Positions 1 through 11,497 of a stretch of 64,000 bases of DNA are shown one piece after another. Position 1 is the first letter of the stretch. Every line of letters begins with the position of its first letter. Source of the stretch: Candidatus Binatia bacterium (GTDB taxonomy: Bacteria; Desulfobacterota; Binatia; UBA9968; JAJDTQ01); contig OY762897.2 in NCBI GenBank assembly GCA_963666515.2, positions 896,001-960,000 of the forward strand, given 5' to 3'. Position numbers and translations under genes: made by a program. The notes beneath the pieces were generated by a model that was not told where the DNA came from, searched no databases, and saw only the letters and a list, made by a program, of their open reading frames with translations.

Positions 1-147
1 GTAGCGCTCGGCCGTGGCCGGCGCCTCGAAGGGATCGAAGTCGCGCAGGGGGTCCAGCATCCGCTCGTTCGCCGTCCGCACCGACTGCGCCAGCGCCGAA
101 GCCGGCAGCACCAGGAGCAGGCAGAGCAGCAACGCACCGGTCTTCAT
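1..147 (-). CDS. Secreted hypothetical protein, N-terminal part (runs off window)
   Basis: ATG at 147 overlaps the upstream stop (ATGA). MKTGALLLCLLLVLPASALAQ is a typical signal peptide. Confidence 0.7.
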   Translation of the reverse strand, partial: MKTGALLLCLLLVLPASALAQSVRTANERMLDPLRDFDPFEAPATAERY

Positions 148-1067
148 CGGTTGAGCCTCCTCGTTCGTTCCATGAGCCCCTTCAGGCCTTCGAGCCTGGC
201 GCCGGCCTCGAGCTTCTCGATCGCGCCGTCCTGCTGAGCCACTTCGGCGTAGAGCTTCATGGCGGACCGGGCGAACCCGTCGAAGGTCTCGATGTCGAAG
301 TCGAGGCCCTGCGGGTCGTTCCGAAGAGCGTACTCCCTGGCCAAGCTCACGTAGTAGTCGCCGAAGTCCAGCAGGTAGCGGTGGTAGTTCCTGCTGCGCA
401 CGTGTCGCGACAGGAGCTGGCTGTAGCCGAGCGCCACCAGTTCGTTGCCCTGGTTCAGCCGATGGCGGTTCAGCTCCACGAACGCCACCTTGGCGCGGTC
501 GATGGCCTCCGCTTCCACCCGCGCCAGGTATTCCAGCGAAGTTCCCTCGTGTTCCCGGACCAACGCGTTCCAGGCCAGGACCACGTCGTCCAGGACTTTC
601 ATGTACTCGAACGGGTCCTCTTTGGGAAGGGCCGTGCGGGAAATTCGTCGAAACGTCTCCAGCGCTTCGACCCGGCGTTGCGCCGGGTCCGCCAGCTCGC
701 CGCCGCCGCGCGTCACGTTGCGGTAGTGGCGGATGGCCCGGCCGTAGTCCCGGAGACGCTCGTAGGCGGCGGCCCGGGTGAACTCCACGATGTCGTTGTA
801 GCCGCTTCCGTGCCTGCGCTGGTAGTCCTCCAGGCGCAGCAGCGTGGCCTTCAGGATGTTGGTGCCGGTCACGTCCTTGGGGACGTCGAACCGGTAGACG
901 TCCTCGCGCGAGAGCCTTTGGAACTCGTTGATGATTTCCAGCAGGTTCGCCGGTTGCACGTAGCGCGGGTCGGGCGCTTCCGTGCGCGTGCACCCGGCGG
1001 CGCCGAGAAGCAGCAGCGCCCACAGCCAGATCGCGGCTACCGTTTTGTGGTGATGAGCGAATAGCAC
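144..1067 (-). CDS. Putative lipoprotein, helical/TPR-like
   Basis: Hydrophobic stretch plus lipobox-like LLLGAAGC, followed by helical repeats (AAAYERLRDYGRAIRHY). GTG start at 1067 is inferred; the longer ORF overlaps the cupin gene. Confidence 0.65.
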   Translation of the reverse strand: MLFAHHHKTVAAIWLWALLLLGAAGCTRTEAPDPRYVQPANLLEIINEFQRLSREDVYRFDVPKDVTGTNILKATLLRLEDYQRRHGSGYNDIVEFTRAAAYERLRDYGRAIRHYRNVTRGGGELADPAQRRVEALETFRRISRTALPKEDPFEYMKVLDDVVLAWNALVREHEGTSLEYLARVEAEAIDRAKVAFVELNRHRLNQGNELVALGYSQLLSRHVRSRNYHRYLLDFGDYYVSLAREYALRNDPQGLDFDIETFDGFARSAMKLYAEVAQQDGAIEKLEAGARLEGLKGLMERTRRLNR

Positions 1068-1393
1068 AGGACCAGCTCGCCCTCTTCGGCCGCGAAGTCG
1101 TGGGGGACGCCCCTGGGAATGTGGCAGAGCATGCCGGGGCCGAGCCGGGTGACCTCTCCGGCGGCGCGCAGCCGGCCCCGCCCCCGCAGCACGTGGCAGA
1201 CCACGTCCTTGTCGTCGTGGACGATCTGTCTGGGGTCGGCGGCGGCGGTGGCGCTGAACGAAACCAGGCCGACGTTGAAGCCGTCGCCTTCGATGCATCC
1301 CTTGTGGCGGATCTCCGAGTTGATCTCGGCCAGCTCCGCCAGGGCTTCGTCGACGTTCACGATCGTTGGACCGGACGGTGCATCGCTGGACAC
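1037..1393 (-). CDS. Cupin domain protein
   Basis: Cupin motifs VHDDKDVVCHVLRGRG and GPGMLCHIPRGVPHDF. GTG start follows a GGAGG. Confidence 0.85.
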   Translation of the reverse strand: MSSDAPSGPTIVNVDEALAELAEINSEIRHKGCIEGDGFNVGLVSFSATAAADPRQIVHDDKDVVCHVLRGRGRLRAAGEVTRLGPGMLCHIPRGVPHDFAAEEGELVLCYSLITTKR

Positions 1394-1422
1394 GGCAACC
1401 CTCTGCTTCCTCCGGCCGCGGC

Positions 1423-2361
1423 CTACGCCGCCGGTTCCGAGATGTGGCGCAGGATCGCGTCGACCGCTCGCCCGGCTTCGCCGTCCGGCACCCTGCACGA
1501 CCCCACCACCCGGTGGCCGCCGCCGCCGTAGCGGCTCAGCAGGTCGCCGACGTTGACCGTGGAGGTGGTGTTGAAGATGTTGTACCCCACCGAGATGGCG
1601 GTGGTGCGGGCGCGCTGCGGGTCGCGGGAGATCTTCATGGAGATGTTCCCGTCCGGGAACAGCGTATAGAGCAGGAACCGGTTGGCGTCGGTCAGGTCTT
1701 CGGTATCCCGCAGATCGAGGTAGATGACGTTTCCCCGCAACTCGGCGCGCTCCAGCAGTTGCCGCCGCAGCCGTTCCTGGAGGCTCAGGACGCGGTCGCA
1801 GCGCGCGCGTACCTCCGGGTCGTCCAGGACCTCGTCCAGGGTGCGGTCGCGAACGAGGTCGATGAGGCGGCGCCAGTAGGGCTCCTCGGCGCTTTCCTTG
1901 CCGTAGATGGTCATGGAGACCAGCACGTAGCCCGCGGGATGGAGCACGTCGTCGCGGGTCAGGGTGCCGCCGTCGATCTTGTCGGTGTCCCGCAGCAGCT
2001 CGGTCACGCGGCCGGTGCGCATCATGCCCAGGCCCGACTCGTAGCGCGGCGAGCCGCCGGGCACTTGGGTATAGTACTCGTACACCACCCGGGCCGCGCT
2101 CGGCGCCATGCGGAAGGCGCCGCGCCCGGCCACCACCGGGCGGTCGAAGCCGGCGGCGCCGTTGGTGAAGTGGTGGTCGAACCACAGCGTGCAGGCCGGA
2201 TGATAGGGGAGGTTGGCGATGATGTCGCCCTCGCGTATGTCCACGGCGCCGTCCTGCATGAACTTGGGCTCCACGAACAGGTAGGAGTCGATGTCCTCCA
2301 GCGCGGTGATGAGGGCGCCGCAGACGATGCCGTCGAAGTCGGGTCGCGTGACCAGCCTCAT
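1423..2361 (-). CDS. DHH-family phosphoesterase (NanoRNase/exopolyphosphatase-like)
   Basis: MRLVTRPDFDG, WFDHH and C-terminal GGGGH motifs. ATGA overlap with the ald stop. Confidence 0.85.
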   Translation of the reverse strand: MRLVTRPDFDGIVCGALITALEDIDSYLFVEPKFMQDGAVDIREGDIIANLPYHPACTLWFDHHFTNGAAGFDRPVVAGRGAFRMAPSAARVVYEYYTQVPGGSPRYESGLGMMRTGRVTELLRDTDKIDGGTLTRDDVLHPAGYVLVSMTIYGKESAEEPYWRRLIDLVRDRTLDEVLDDPEVRARCDRVLSLQERLRRQLLERAELRGNVIYLDLRDTEDLTDANRFLLYTLFPDGNISMKISRDPQRARTTAISVGYNIFNTTSTVNVGDLLSRYGGGGHRVVGSCRVPDGEAGRAVDAILRHISEPAA

Positions 2362-3476
2362 GCGCAGAGGACCTCGTCCACCGGCTTGAGCGGCACCTGC
2401 AACGCGCTGGCGACGCCGGCGTGGGTCACCCGCCCGTCGTGGACGTTGAGCCCCCGCGCCAGCGCCCGGTTCTCCTGCATGGCGCGCCGGAGCCCGTTGT
2501 CGGCGATGGCGAGGCCGTAGGACAGCGTGGCGTTGGTCAGGGCGTAGGTGGCGGTGTGGGGCACCAGCGCCGGCATGTTGGTGACGCAGTAGTGCACCAC
2601 CCGCTCCTCGACGTAGACGGGGTCGCGGTGGGTGGTGGGCCGGGAGGTCTCGGCGAAGCCCCCCTGGTCGATGGAGACGTCGACGATGGCGGCGCCCCGC
2701 TTCATCCGTCTGACGCGGTCCCTCCCCAGCAGCATGGGGGTCCGGTCCCCGGTAATGAGCACGGAGCCGATCAGCAGGTCCGCGCCGACGATCTCCTCCT
2801 CCAGGTTGGCCTGGTTGGACATGAGGGTGGTCAGCCGCCCGCCGAGGATGTCGTGGATGTAGCGCAGCCGGGCGGGGTTCACGTCCAGCACGCTCACGTC
2901 GGCGCCCATGCCGGCGGCGACCTGGCATGCCGAGGCCCCCACGCTCCCCGCTCCCAGCACCACCACCTTCCCCGGCCGGACCCCGGAGGCGCCGCCCAGC
3001 AGCACCCCCCGGCCGCCGTTCTCCGATTGCAGGCACCAAGCCCCCACCTGGAGCGACAGCCGCCCGGCGATCTCGCTCATGGGCGTCAGGAGCGGCAGGG
3101 AGCCGTCGTCGAACGCGATGGTCTCGTAGCCGACCGCGGTGACGCCCGTCTGGCACAGCGTCGTGGCCAGCTCCGGCAGCGCCGCGAGGTGGAGATAGGT
3201 GAAGAGCGTCAAGTCCGGCCTCAGGTGGCCGAACTCCTCGGGCACCGGCTCCTTGACCTTCATGACCAGGTCGGACCGGCTCCAGACCTCTCCGGCGCGG
3301 TCCACCACCGTGGCGCCGGTGGCCGTGTAGGCCCGGTTGGGGATGTGGCTGCCGCGGCCGGCGTTGCGTTCCACCAGCACCTGGTGGCCGTGGGCGATGA
3401 AGGCCGCGGCTCCCGCGGGCGTTAGCGCGACCCTGTTTTCCTCGATTTTCAACTCTTTGGGCACGCCTACGACCAT
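2358..3476 (-). CDS. ald: Alanine dehydrogenase
   Basis: GVPKELKIEENRVALTP, FTYLHLA, LLTPMSEIAGR, DVSIDQGG, HYCVTNMP. Confidence 0.95.
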   Translation of the reverse strand: MVVGVPKELKIEENRVALTPAGAAAFIAHGHQVLVERNAGRGSHIPNRAYTATGATVVDRAGEVWSRSDLVMKVKEPVPEEFGHLRPDLTLFTYLHLAALPELATTLCQTGVTAVGYETIAFDDGSLPLLTPMSEIAGRLSLQVGAWCLQSENGGRGVLLGGASGVRPGKVVVLGAGSVGASACQVAAGMGADVSVLDVNPARLRYIHDILGGRLTTLMSNQANLEEEIVGADLLIGSVLITGDRTPMLLGRDRVRRMKRGAAIVDVSIDQGGFAETSRPTTHRDPVYVEERVVHYCVTNMPALVPHTATYALTNATLSYGLAIADNGLRRAMQENRALARGLNVHDGRVTHAGVASALQVPLKPVDEVLCA

Positions 3477-3608
3477 GGATTCATTGGTACGTGAGCGCCC
3501 ATGGAGTGTCAAGAAGGCCCCGGCGGCTCGATGACCTCGCAACTTCATTGACCTTGCAACCCCGGCGTGTTAACCGGAAATTTGACACCCTGACGGGAGC
3601 GCAACACG

Positions 3609-4454
3609 ATGATCATAGACGGCAAGGCGGTGGCGAAGCAGGTGCGCGACGAGGTGCGGGAGGAGACGGAGCGGCTGCGGAACGCTCACGGCGTCGTCCC
3701 CGGTCTCGGCGTGGTGCTGGTGGGGGACGACCCCGCCTCCCGCATCTACGTGCGGAACAAGGAGAAGGCGTGCGCCGAGGTGGGCATCCGCTCGGTGGAG
3801 CACCTGCTCCCGGCCTCCGTGACCCAGCACGAGCTGCTCGACCTGATCGGCCGTCTCAACGAGGATCCGGCCATACACGGCATTCTTGTCCAGTTGCCCC
3901 TGCCCGAACACATCGCCGCCGGCCGCATTCTGGAGGCGGTCTCTCCGCGCAAGGACGTGGACGGCTTTCACCCGGTCAACCAGGGGCTGCTGCTCTCCGG
4001 CGGCGCCGGTTTCAGGCCCTGCACGCCCCTGGGGATCATGAGGATGCTGGATTCCGTGGGCTGCGAGTTGAAGGGCAAGAACGCGGTCGTGGTGGGCCGC
4101 AGCAACATCGTCGGCAAGCCCGTGGCCCTCATGCTGCTGGAGCGCCACGCCACCGTGACCCTGTGCCATTCGCGGACCGCGGACCTGGCCGCGGAGGTGG
4201 GCCGCGCGGACGTGGTGGTGGCCGCGGTGGGCAAGGCCCACGCCATTCGCGGCGAGTGGATCAAGCCCGGCGCGGTAGTCATCGACGTCGGCATCAACCG
4301 GCTGTCCACCGGCAAGCTGGTGGGCGACGTGGAGTTCGAGCCGGCCCGGGAGCGCGCGTCATGGATCTCGCCGGTGCCGGGGGGCGTCGGACCCATGACT
4401 ATCTGCATGCTGCTGTCCAACACCCTGCTGTCGGCGCAACGATCTCTGGAATAG
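3609..4454 (+). CDS. folD: Methylenetetrahydrofolate dehydrogenase/cyclohydrolase
   Basis: [46 protein letters not shown]. Confidence 0.97.
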   Translation: MIIDGKAVAKQVRDEVREETERLRNAHGVVPGLGVVLVGDDPASRIYVRNKEKACAEVGIRSVEHLLPASVTQHELLDLIGRLNEDPAIHGILVQLPLPEHIAAGRILEAVSPRKDVDGFHPVNQGLLLSGGAGFRPCTPLGIMRMLDSVGCELKGKNAVVVGRSNIVGKPVALMLLERHATVTLCHSRTADLAAEVGRADVVVAAVGKAHAIRGEWIKPGAVVIDVGINRLSTGKLVGDVEFEPARERASWISPVPGGVGPMTICMLLSNTLLSAQRSLE

Positions 4455-4459
4455 CTGTC

Positions 4460-5548
4460 ATGGCCGCGGAAGCGGAGACGCAAGCGCTCAGGAGAACTCC
4501 CGTCCACGCCCGCCACGTGGCTCTCGGAGCCCGCATGGTGGAGTTCGCGGGATGGGAGATGCCGGTCCAGTACCGGGGCATCCAGGCCGAGCACGCTGCG
4601 GTGCGGTCACGGGCCGGGCTCTTCGACGTGAGCCACATGGGCGAGATCGAGGTGTCGGGCGCCGGCGCCTCGCGGTTCTGCCAGCATGTCACCACCAACG
4701 ACGTCCGGCGCCTCGACCCATCGCAGGCGCAGTACACGCTGTTGCTGAACGACCGCGCCGGGGTCATCGACGACCTGGTGATCTTCCGGCTGGAGGCCGA
4801 GCGCTACCTGCTGTGCGTCAACGCCTCCCGGCGGGAGGTGGACTTCGAGTGGCTGGCAGGCCACGCAGGGGACGGCGTGACGGTGCGCGACGTGAGCGAT
4901 TCCTATGCGCTGCTGGCGCTCCAGGGACCGGCAACGGAGGATATCCTCCAGCCCCTGACCGCGGCGGAGCTGTCCGCGGTGAAGCCGTTCAACTTCGTCA
5001 CGGCCGAGGTGAGCGGGGTGCGCTGCATGGTTTCGCGCACGGGGTACACCGGCGAGGACGGCTTCGAGCTGTACTGCCCGGCCGAAGACGGAGCCCGGTT
5101 GTGGGACGCCCTGGTGGATGCCGGCGAAGTGGAGCCCGCCGGTCTGGGCGCCAGGGACACGCTCCGGCTCGAGAAAGGGTTCGCGCTCTACGGCCACGAG
5201 ATCGACGAGACCACCACCCCGCCGGAAGCCCGGCTCGGGTGGGTCGCCAAGCTGGACAAGGGTCCGTTCATCGGGTCGGACGTGCTGTCCCGGAAGGAGC
5301 CGTTGCAGCGCCGGCTGGCGGGCCTGGAGATGGCGGACGCGGGCATCGCCCGGCAGGGCTACCGGATATTCCAGGACGACCGCGAGGTCGGACGGGTCAC
5401 CAGCGGGACGCTGTCTCCCACCCTGGGCAAGGCCATCGCCCTGGGGTACGTGCCGGCCGACGCCGCGGCGGTCGGCGCCGAGGTGCGGGTGGAGATCCGC
5501 CGCCGCCGGGTCCCGGCCCGTATCGTCCGCGTGCCTTTCGTGCGATAG
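4460..5548 (+). CDS. gcvT: Glycine cleavage T protein (aminomethyltransferase)
   Basis: [41 protein letters not shown]. Start follows the folD stop. Confidence 0.96.
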   Translation: MAAEAETQALRRTPVHARHVALGARMVEFAGWEMPVQYRGIQAEHAAVRSRAGLFDVSHMGEIEVSGAGASRFCQHVTTNDVRRLDPSQAQYTLLLNDRAGVIDDLVIFRLEAERYLLCVNASRREVDFEWLAGHAGDGVTVRDVSDSYALLALQGPATEDILQPLTAAELSAVKPFNFVTAEVSGVRCMVSRTGYTGEDGFELYCPAEDGARLWDALVDAGEVEPAGLGARDTLRLEKGFALYGHEIDETTTPPEARLGWVAKLDKGPFIGSDVLSRKEPLQRRLAGLEMADAGIARQGYRIFQDDREVGRVTSGTLSPTLGKAIALGYVPADAAAVGAEVRVEIRRRRVPARIVRVPFVR

Positions 5549-5580
5549 TGGCGGAAGGGCTCGCCGCCAAGGAGGAACAG

Positions 5581-5988
5581 ATGGAGTACCCGAAGGGTCT
5601 GAGGTATTCGAGGGAGCACGAGTGGGTGTCGGTGGAGGACGGCGACAGCGGGATCATCGGCATCACGGACTTCGCCCAGAACGAACTGGGCGACGTGGTC
5701 TACGTGGAGGCGCCGGAGGTCGGGGAGAAGATCAGCAAGGACGACCCGTTCGGCGCGGTGGAGTCGGTGAAGGCGGTGTCGGACCTCTACGCCCCGGTGA
5801 GCGGCACCGTGACCGAGGTCAACGACGCGCTCCCCGACACGCCGGAACTCATCAACGAAGACCCCTACGGGGAAGGCTGGATCATCAAGGTCACGCTGTC
5901 GGATCCCGACGAGCTGGACGATCTGATGACGCCGGAGGAATACACGGAGTACTGCGAAGGCGAGCAGGATGACGACGACGGCGACTGA
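5581..5988 (+). CDS. gcvH: Glycine cleavage H protein
   Basis: [22 protein letters not shown], lipoyl-Lys in [18 protein letters not shown]. Confidence 0.97.
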   Translation: MEYPKGLRYSREHEWVSVEDGDSGIIGITDFAQNELGDVVYVEAPEVGEKISKDDPFGAVESVKAVSDLYAPVSGTVTEVNDALPDTPELINEDPYGEGWIIKVTLSDPDELDDLMTPEEYTEYCEGEQDDDDGD

Positions 5989-6008
5989 CTCCTGCTGAGG
6001 AGCATGCC

Positions 6009-8900
6009 GTGGATCACGCGGATCACAGGAAATCGTTTCGGGAGCTGTTCTCGTCGCGGCACATCGGCCCGAGCGCGGCCGAGATCCGGGAGATGCTCGC
6101 GGCCCTGGGCCTGGAGTCCCTGGAAGAGCTGGTGGACCGCGCGGTGCCGGAAAGCATCCGGTTTTCGGGCGGCCTGGACCTGCCCGCGCCCCTGACCGAG
6201 GAACAGCTCCTGCGCGAGGCCCGGGGCTTGGCCGGCGCCAACCGCCCCGCCCGGTCGTACATCGGCATGGGCTACTACGACTGCTACACGCCCGCGGTCA
6301 TCCTCCGCAACATCCTGGAGAACCCGGGCTGGTACACCGCCTACACGCCCTACCAGCCGGAGATCGCGCAGGGCCGCCTGGAGGCCCTGCTGAACTTCCA
6401 GACCATGGTCACCGACTTGACGGCCATGGACATCGCCAACGCCTCCCTGCTGGACGAAGGGACCGCGGCCGCGGAGGCCGTGTTCCTGGCCTTCAACCTG
6501 GAACACGGACGCGCGCGCGGCGCCGCTCCGCGCTGCAAGCTGTTCGTCTGCGAGGACTCCTTCCCCCAGACCCTGGAGGTGGTGGGCACCCGCGCCGCGC
6601 CCATCGGCGTGGAACTGGTGACGGACGCCGCGGGCCCGGAGCCGCCGGACGACGCCTTCGCCGGGTTCATCCAGTATCCGGCCGCCAGCGGGGCGATACC
6701 GGACCTGGACGCGTTCGTCCGCGGCTGCCGCGAGCGCGGCATGGCCGCCATCGTGGCCACCGACCTGCTGAGCCTGTGCCTGCTGACCCCTCCGGGGGAA
6801 GTCGGCGCGGACATCGTTGTCGGCAGCGCGCAGCGCTTCGGCGTCCCCATGGGTTTCGGCGGCCCCCACGCCGGCTTTCTCGCCACCCGCGACGAGCACA
6901 AGCGCATGATGCCCGGACGGCTGGTGGGCGTGTCCAGGGACGCCCATGGGGAGCGGGCCCTGCGGCTGGCCTTGCAGACCCGCGAGCAGCATATCCGCCG
7001 CGAGAAGGCCACCAGCAACATCTGCACCGCGCAGGTGCTGCTGGGGGTGATGGCTTCCATGTACGCGGTCTACCACGGCCCTTCCGGACTGCGGAACATC
7101 GCCGAGCGGGTTCATGGCTACACGGCGTTCCTGGCGGAACGGCTGCGGCAGGGCGGGTTCGCGCCCGCGGCGGACGCCTTCTTCGACACCGTGCGGGTGG
7201 CCGTGGACGCGGAGCGGGCCGACGAGATACAGCGTTCGGCCGCGGAGCAGGGCATCAATCTCGGACGGCCGTCCCGCGGACAGTTGCACGTCTCGCTGGA
7301 CGAGACCACCGGCGCGGACGACGTCCGGGACCTCCTGCGGGTGTTCGGCGCGCCGTTGGAGGACGGGGACCCGGCGGTCATGGCGCGGGAAGCGAAGCCG
7401 CACATCCCGGAACGGTGCGTGCGCCGGAGCGGCTACCTGGAGGAGGAGGTGTTCAACCGGCACCACTCCGAGACCCAGATGCTGCGCTACATGGCGCAGC
7501 TCCAGGCCAAGGACCTGAGCTTGGTTCACTCCATGATCCCGCTGGGGTCGTGCACCATGAAGCTCAACGCCACCACCGAGATGATCCCCGTGACCTGGCC
7601 GGAATTCGCCCGGATGCACCCCTTCGCTCCCGCGGACCAGACCCGCGGCTATCGCCGGCTGATCGCGCGGCTGGAGGAGTGGCTGGCCGCCATCACCGGC
7701 TTTGCCGGGGTGTCGGTGCAGCCCAACGCCGGCTCCCAGGGCGAGTACTCGGGGCTGCTGGTGATCCGCAAGCATCACGCCGCCAACGGCCAGGGGGAAC
7801 GGGACATCTGCCTCATACCCGCCTCCGCCCACGGCACCAACCCGGCCAGCGCGGTGCTGGCGGGCATGAGCGTGGTGGTGGTGGACTGCGATGACGACGG
7901 CAACATCGACCTGGACGACCTGCGCGCCAAAGCCGACCGGTCCGCCGGCCGTCTCGCCGCGCTGATGGTCACCTATCCGTCCACCCACGGCGTGTTCGAG
8001 GAAGGCATCACGGACATCTGCCGCGTCATCCACGAACGAGGCGGCCAAGTCTACCTGGACGGCGCCAACCTGAACGCGCTCGTGGGCGTGTGCCGGCCGG
8101 GGCGCATCGGCCCGGACGTCTGCCACCTGAACCTGCACAAGACGTTCTGCATCCCGCACGGAGGCGGCGGCCCCGGCGTCGGGCCGCTGGCGGTGGGCGA
8201 GCACCTCGTGAAGTTCCTGCCCGCGCACGGAGTGGTGCCCGAGTGCGGCCCCGCCGAGGGCATCACCGCAGTCTCCTCCGCGCCCTGGGGCAGCGCCGGC
8301 ATCCTGCCGATCTCGTGGGCGTACATCGCCATGATGGGCCCTGCGGGCCTGACCCGGGCCACCCAGGTGGCGGTGCTCAACGCCAACTACATCGCGCACC
8401 GGCTGTCGTCGGACTACCGGGTCCTCTACCGCGGCAAGAACGGCATGGTGGCCCACGAGTGCATCGTCGACGTGCGCCCGTTCAAGGCATCCGCCAACGT
8501 GACCGTGGACGACGTGGCCAAGCGGCTCATGGACTACGGGTTCCATGCGCCGACCATGTCGTTTCCGGTGGCGGGCACGCTGATGATCGAGCCGACGGAA
8601 AGCGAATCGCTGGAGGAGCTGGACCGCTTCTGCGACGCCATGCTCGCCATCCGCGAGGAGATACGGGAGATCGAGGCGGGGGAGGCCGACCCCGGCGACA
8701 ACGTGCTCAAGAACGCGCCGCACAGCGCCGGCCACCTGCTTTCCGACGACTGGCGGCATCCCTATTCGCGGGACAAGGCGGCCTTCCCGCGGGAGTGGGT
8801 GAGGGAGCGCAAGTTCTGGCTTCCGGTGGGCCGGGTGGACAACGCCTACGGCGACCGGAACCTGGTCTGCACCTGTGCGCCGGTGTCGGCCTACGCCTGA
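6009..8900 (+). CDS. gcvP: Glycine dehydrogenase (P protein, single chain)
   Basis: [37 protein letters not shown]-lysine in HLNLHKTF. Confidence 0.97.
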   Translation: MDHADHRKSFRELFSSRHIGPSAAEIREMLAALGLESLEELVDRAVPESIRFSGGLDLPAPLTEEQLLREARGLAGANRPARSYIGMGYYDCYTPAVILRNILENPGWYTAYTPYQPEIAQGRLEALLNFQTMVTDLTAMDIANASLLDEGTAAAEAVFLAFNLEHGRARGAAPRCKLFVCEDSFPQTLEVVGTRAAPIGVELVTDAAGPEPPDDAFAGFIQYPAASGAIPDLDAFVRGCRERGMAAIVATDLLSLCLLTPPGEVGADIVVGSAQRFGVPMGFGGPHAGFLATRDEHKRMMPGRLVGVSRDAHGERALRLALQTREQHIRREKATSNICTAQVLLGVMASMYAVYHGPSGLRNIAERVHGYTAFLAERLRQGGFAPAADAFFDTVRVAVDAERADEIQRSAAEQGINLGRPSRGQLHVSLDETTGADDVRDLLRVFGAPLEDGDPAVMAREAKPHIPERCVRRSGYLEEEVFNRHHSETQMLRYMAQLQAKDLSLVHSMIPLGSCTMKLNATTEMIPVTWPEFARMHPFAPADQTRGYRRLIARLEEWLAAITGFAGVSVQPNAGSQGEYSGLLVIRKHHAANGQGERDICLIPASAHGTNPASAVLAGMSVVVVDCDDDGNIDLDDLRAKADRSAGRLAALMVTYPSTHGVFEEGITDICRVIHERGGQVYLDGANLNALVGVCRPGRIGPDVCHLNLHKTFCIPHGGGGPGVGPLAVGEHLVKFLPAHGVVPECGPAEGITAVSSAPWGSAGILPISWAYIAMMGPAGLTRATQVAVLNANYIAHRLSSDYRVLYRGKNGMVAHECIVDVRPFKASANVTVDDVAKRLMDYGFHAPTMSFPVAGTLMIEPTESESLEELDRFCDAMLAIREEIREIEAGEADPGDNVLKNAPHSAGHLLSDDWRHPYSRDKAAFPREWVRERKFWLPVGRVDNAYGDRNLVCTCAPVSAYA

Positions 8901-8949
8901 AGGCCGTCCACGTCTGTCAATGTCGCCTCTTTTGGGTTAGAGTGACCTC

Positions 8950-9144
8950 ATGTTTGGCCTCGGTATATGGGAACTGCTGATCATCCTGGTGATCATTCTC
9001 GTGCTCTTCAGTCGCAGGCTTCCGGAGCTCGGCCAGGGGCTCGGCAAGGGGATCAAGGGTTTCCGCAAGTCCCTGAACGAGCCGGACGAGATCGACGTAA
9101 CCGCCTCCGACAAGGGCGAAGGCGAGGGGTCCAAAAAGGAATGA
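8950..9144 (+). CDS. tatA: Twin-arginine translocase TatA/E
   Basis: [40 protein letters not shown]. Confidence 0.92.
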   Translation: MFGLGIWELLIILVIILVLFSRRLPELGQGLGKGIKGFRKSLNEPDEIDVTASDKGEGEGSKKE

Positions 9145-9163
9145 GCGGAGGGCCGGCGCGGGA

Positions 9164-10198
9164 CTACGCGGCGGCTTCCGCGGAGAGAACCCGGCAACTG
9201 AAGGATTCCACCGCCGCCTCCGGCTTGGGAAAGACGATCGTGAAGCTCGCCGATTCGTTGGCGGGAATCCGGTAGGCGCTCTGGGGCTTGAGGCTCTGCA
9301 GCAGCTCGATCTCCCGAAACGTCATGTCCTGAATGATCCTGGCCGAGATCGCGTTCCCTACGAACGTGACCTGCCGGCCCACCTCCTTGCCTTCCGCATC
9401 GAAGAGGCGAGCCTCGATACGGACGCCGTGGACGCTCCGGTCGTTGCGGTTCACCAGCTTGCCGGAAACGACGAACACCTCCGTCTGGTTCATCACCGGC
9501 TGCACTCCCGACGCCAGCGACTCGAACACCAGGGTCTTCTTGAAGTGCCGGTTGTCGAACAGGGCGCCGCCGTACCACGGGATTCGTTGCAGCAGTGAAT
9601 CCAGCGGTTGCGGGTTGACCTGGTAGATCAGCGTCACCAGAACGAAGGCGGACACCGCCAGGGCCACGACGCTCACCACCGGTACGAAGGAACCCCTGGA
9701 CGAGGTCCGCACGGGCGGCGGCGGCTCGGCCTCCTGCCTGGGCGGGATCAGGAAATCATCGTCAATCTCGAAGTCGGGCTGCGAAAGCCGGGCGTCGTCA
9801 TTGTCTTGGGCCGTTGCCGTCTCGCCCGCTTCATGGGTTGCCGGCTCGGCTTCGGCGTCCGGCAACTTCAGAACCCCCTGGCCCGTTTCGAGGTCCGGCG
9901 GCGCCGGCTCCTCCTCCAGGGCCGCGCTCTCGAGGGTATCCTCACGGTCTTGATCGGGCGGGTCCTCGCTCACAACGAAGGCGTCACCGGCATCCGGGTC
10001 GCCGCCGGCCGCACTCGTCTCGGGTGCCGGGTCGCCGGCGTCGGGGTTCAGGTCGGGGTCCGCGTCCTGCAACTGCAGGCGCACCTCGAAGGTGAAAACG
10101 TGCTTGCAGCGCGAGCAACGGAAAGTGGGGTTGGGCGCGTCGAAAACGCTGCCGTCCACCTTGTAGGTCGTGGAACAGCTTGGACAGCGGATGATCAT
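9164..10198 (-). CDS. MJ0042-type zinc-ribbon / DUF3426-like membrane protein
   Basis: N-terminal CPSC...CSRC, acidic linker, one TM helix, C-terminal beta domain. Confidence 0.8.
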   Translation of the reverse strand: MIIRCPSCSTTYKVDGSVFDAPNPTFRCSRCKHVFTFEVRLQLQDADPDLNPDAGDPAPETSAAGGDPDAGDAFVVSEDPPDQDREDTLESAALEEEPAPPDLETGQGVLKLPDAEAEPATHEAGETATAQDNDDARLSQPDFEIDDDFLIPPRQEAEPPPPVRTSSRGSFVPVVSVVALAVSAFVLVTLIYQVNPQPLDSLLQRIPWYGGALFDNRHFKKTLVFESLASGVQPVMNQTEVFVVSGKLVNRNDRSVHGVRIEARLFDAEGKEVGRQVTFVGNAISARIIQDMTFREIELLQSLKPQSAYRIPANESASFTIVFPKPEAAVESFSCRVLSAEAAA

Positions 10199-10211
10199 CG
10201 TCGTAGAAGTT

Positions 10212-11210
10212 CTATATCGAGAAGTTCCGGTCGCCGACGTCGAGGTTTTCCTGCCATGCGGTCCAGAGGTTCGTCGTCATGTACCGGCTGCCGAAGTCGG
10301 GGAACACCGTGACCACGGTGCCGTGAGATAACCGGCGGGCGACCTGCAATGCCGCGTGCATGGCGGCGCCCGAAGACTGGCCCACCAGCAGCCCTTCTTC
10401 CCGGCCCAGGCGGTAGACCATGTCGTAGCCGTCCTCGGTGGACACGGGGATTTTAAGGTCCAGCTCCTCTTCGTGATAGATCCCGGGGACGATGGAGCTG
10501 GCCATGTGCTTCAGCCCCTCCAGCCCGTGCAGCGCCGCATCCGGCTCCGCGGCGATGACCCGGATCCCGGGGTTCCGTTCCTTCAGGTAGCGCCCGGTGC
10601 CCATGACGGTGCCGCCGGTGCCGATCCCGGCCACGAAGTGGGTGACGCTCCCCTCGGTTTGCCGATAGATTTCCGGGCCCGTGGTCTCGTAGTGGGCCTG
10701 GCTGTTCATGGGGTTGAAGTACTGGTCGGGCTTGAAATAGGCTTCCGGGTCTTCGGCGACGATCTCGCGGCAGAGTCGGATGGCCCCGTCGGAGCCTTCC
10801 ATCGGATCGCTGTACACGGTCTCCGCGCCGAAGAACCGGATGATGCCCTTGCGTTCCTCGCTGACGTTGGCCGGCAGCACTAGGCGCACCGGGTAGCCCA
10901 GCGCCGCGCCGATCATGGCGACGGCGATGCCGGTGTTCCCCGAGGTCGAATCGATGATGGTCCGGCCCGGTCGAAGCCGGCCCGTGCGGATCGCCTCCCG
11001 GATCATCCTCAGCGCCGGCCGGTCCTTCACCGAGCCGCCGGGATTGAAGCCTTCGAGCTTGGCCAGGACCCTTACGGCCGGTGAAAGGCCACGGGTGACG
11101 TTGCTGATCTCCAGCAGCGGCGTATTGCCGATAAGCTCGGTAACGGCTTCGGCTTTCCCGGGAGCGCGCGCCGCGGCCGGCGGCGCCGGTTTCCTCAATG
11201 CGGCGAGCAT
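10212..11210 (-). CDS. cysM: PLP-dependent cysteine synthase (CysM/CysK family)
   Basis: IGNTPL, KLEGFNPGGSVKDR, STSGNTG, GIGTGGT. Directly follows a sulfur-carrier gene. Confidence 0.88.
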   Translation of the reverse strand: MLAALRKPAPPAAARAPGKAEAVTELIGNTPLLEISNVTRGLSPAVRVLAKLEGFNPGGSVKDRPALRMIREAIRTGRLRPGRTIIDSTSGNTGIAVAMIGAALGYPVRLVLPANVSEERKGIIRFFGAETVYSDPMEGSDGAIRLCREIVAEDPEAYFKPDQYFNPMNSQAHYETTGPEIYRQTEGSVTHFVAGIGTGGTVMGTGRYLKERNPGIRVIAAEPDAALHGLEGLKHMASSIVPGIYHEEELDLKIPVSTEDGYDMVYRLGREEGLLVGQSSGAAMHAALQVARRLSHGTVVTVFPDFGSRYMTTNLWTAWQENLDVGDRNFSI

Positions 11211-11218
11211 GGAACCGG

Positions 11219-11497
11219 CTACGCACCTCCGGCGATGGCCGGCACGATGGAGATGCTGTCGCCGTCCTTCAACGCGGTGTCCACGTTCTTGAGAAAGCGG
11301 ATGTCGTCCCCGTTCACGTAGACGTTCACGAACCGCCGGACCTTGCCGGCGTCGTCCATGACGCGCTCCTTGATGCCGGGGTGGTTCTGCTCCAGGTCCT
11401 CGAACATGGCCAGGATGGTGTCGCCGCTGGCATCGACCTCATCCGAGCCCTGGGTGAATTTTCGCAACGGTGTAGGGACGCGTACTCGAACACTCAT
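11219..11497 (-). CDS. MoaD/ThiS/CysO-type ubiquitin-like sulfur carrier
   Basis: VRVPTPLR...FVNVYVNGDDIRF...IVPAIAGGA. GGAGG RBS before the ATG at 11497. Confidence 0.92.
   Translation of the reverse strand: MSVRVRVPTPLRKFTQGSDEVDASGDTILAMFEDLEQNHPGIKERVMDDAGKVRRFVNVYVNGDDIRFLKNVDTALKDGDSISIVPAIAGGA

Noticed and set aside
3477-3608. Possible glycine riboswitch upstream of folD-gcvTHP
   Set aside because: The intergenic region is short and lacks the GGAGA...CCGAAG...CTCTCAGG consensus.
5865-8759. 964-aa minus-strand ORF
   Set aside because: Antisense shadow of gcvP, expected from high-GC codon bias; no recognisable motifs.
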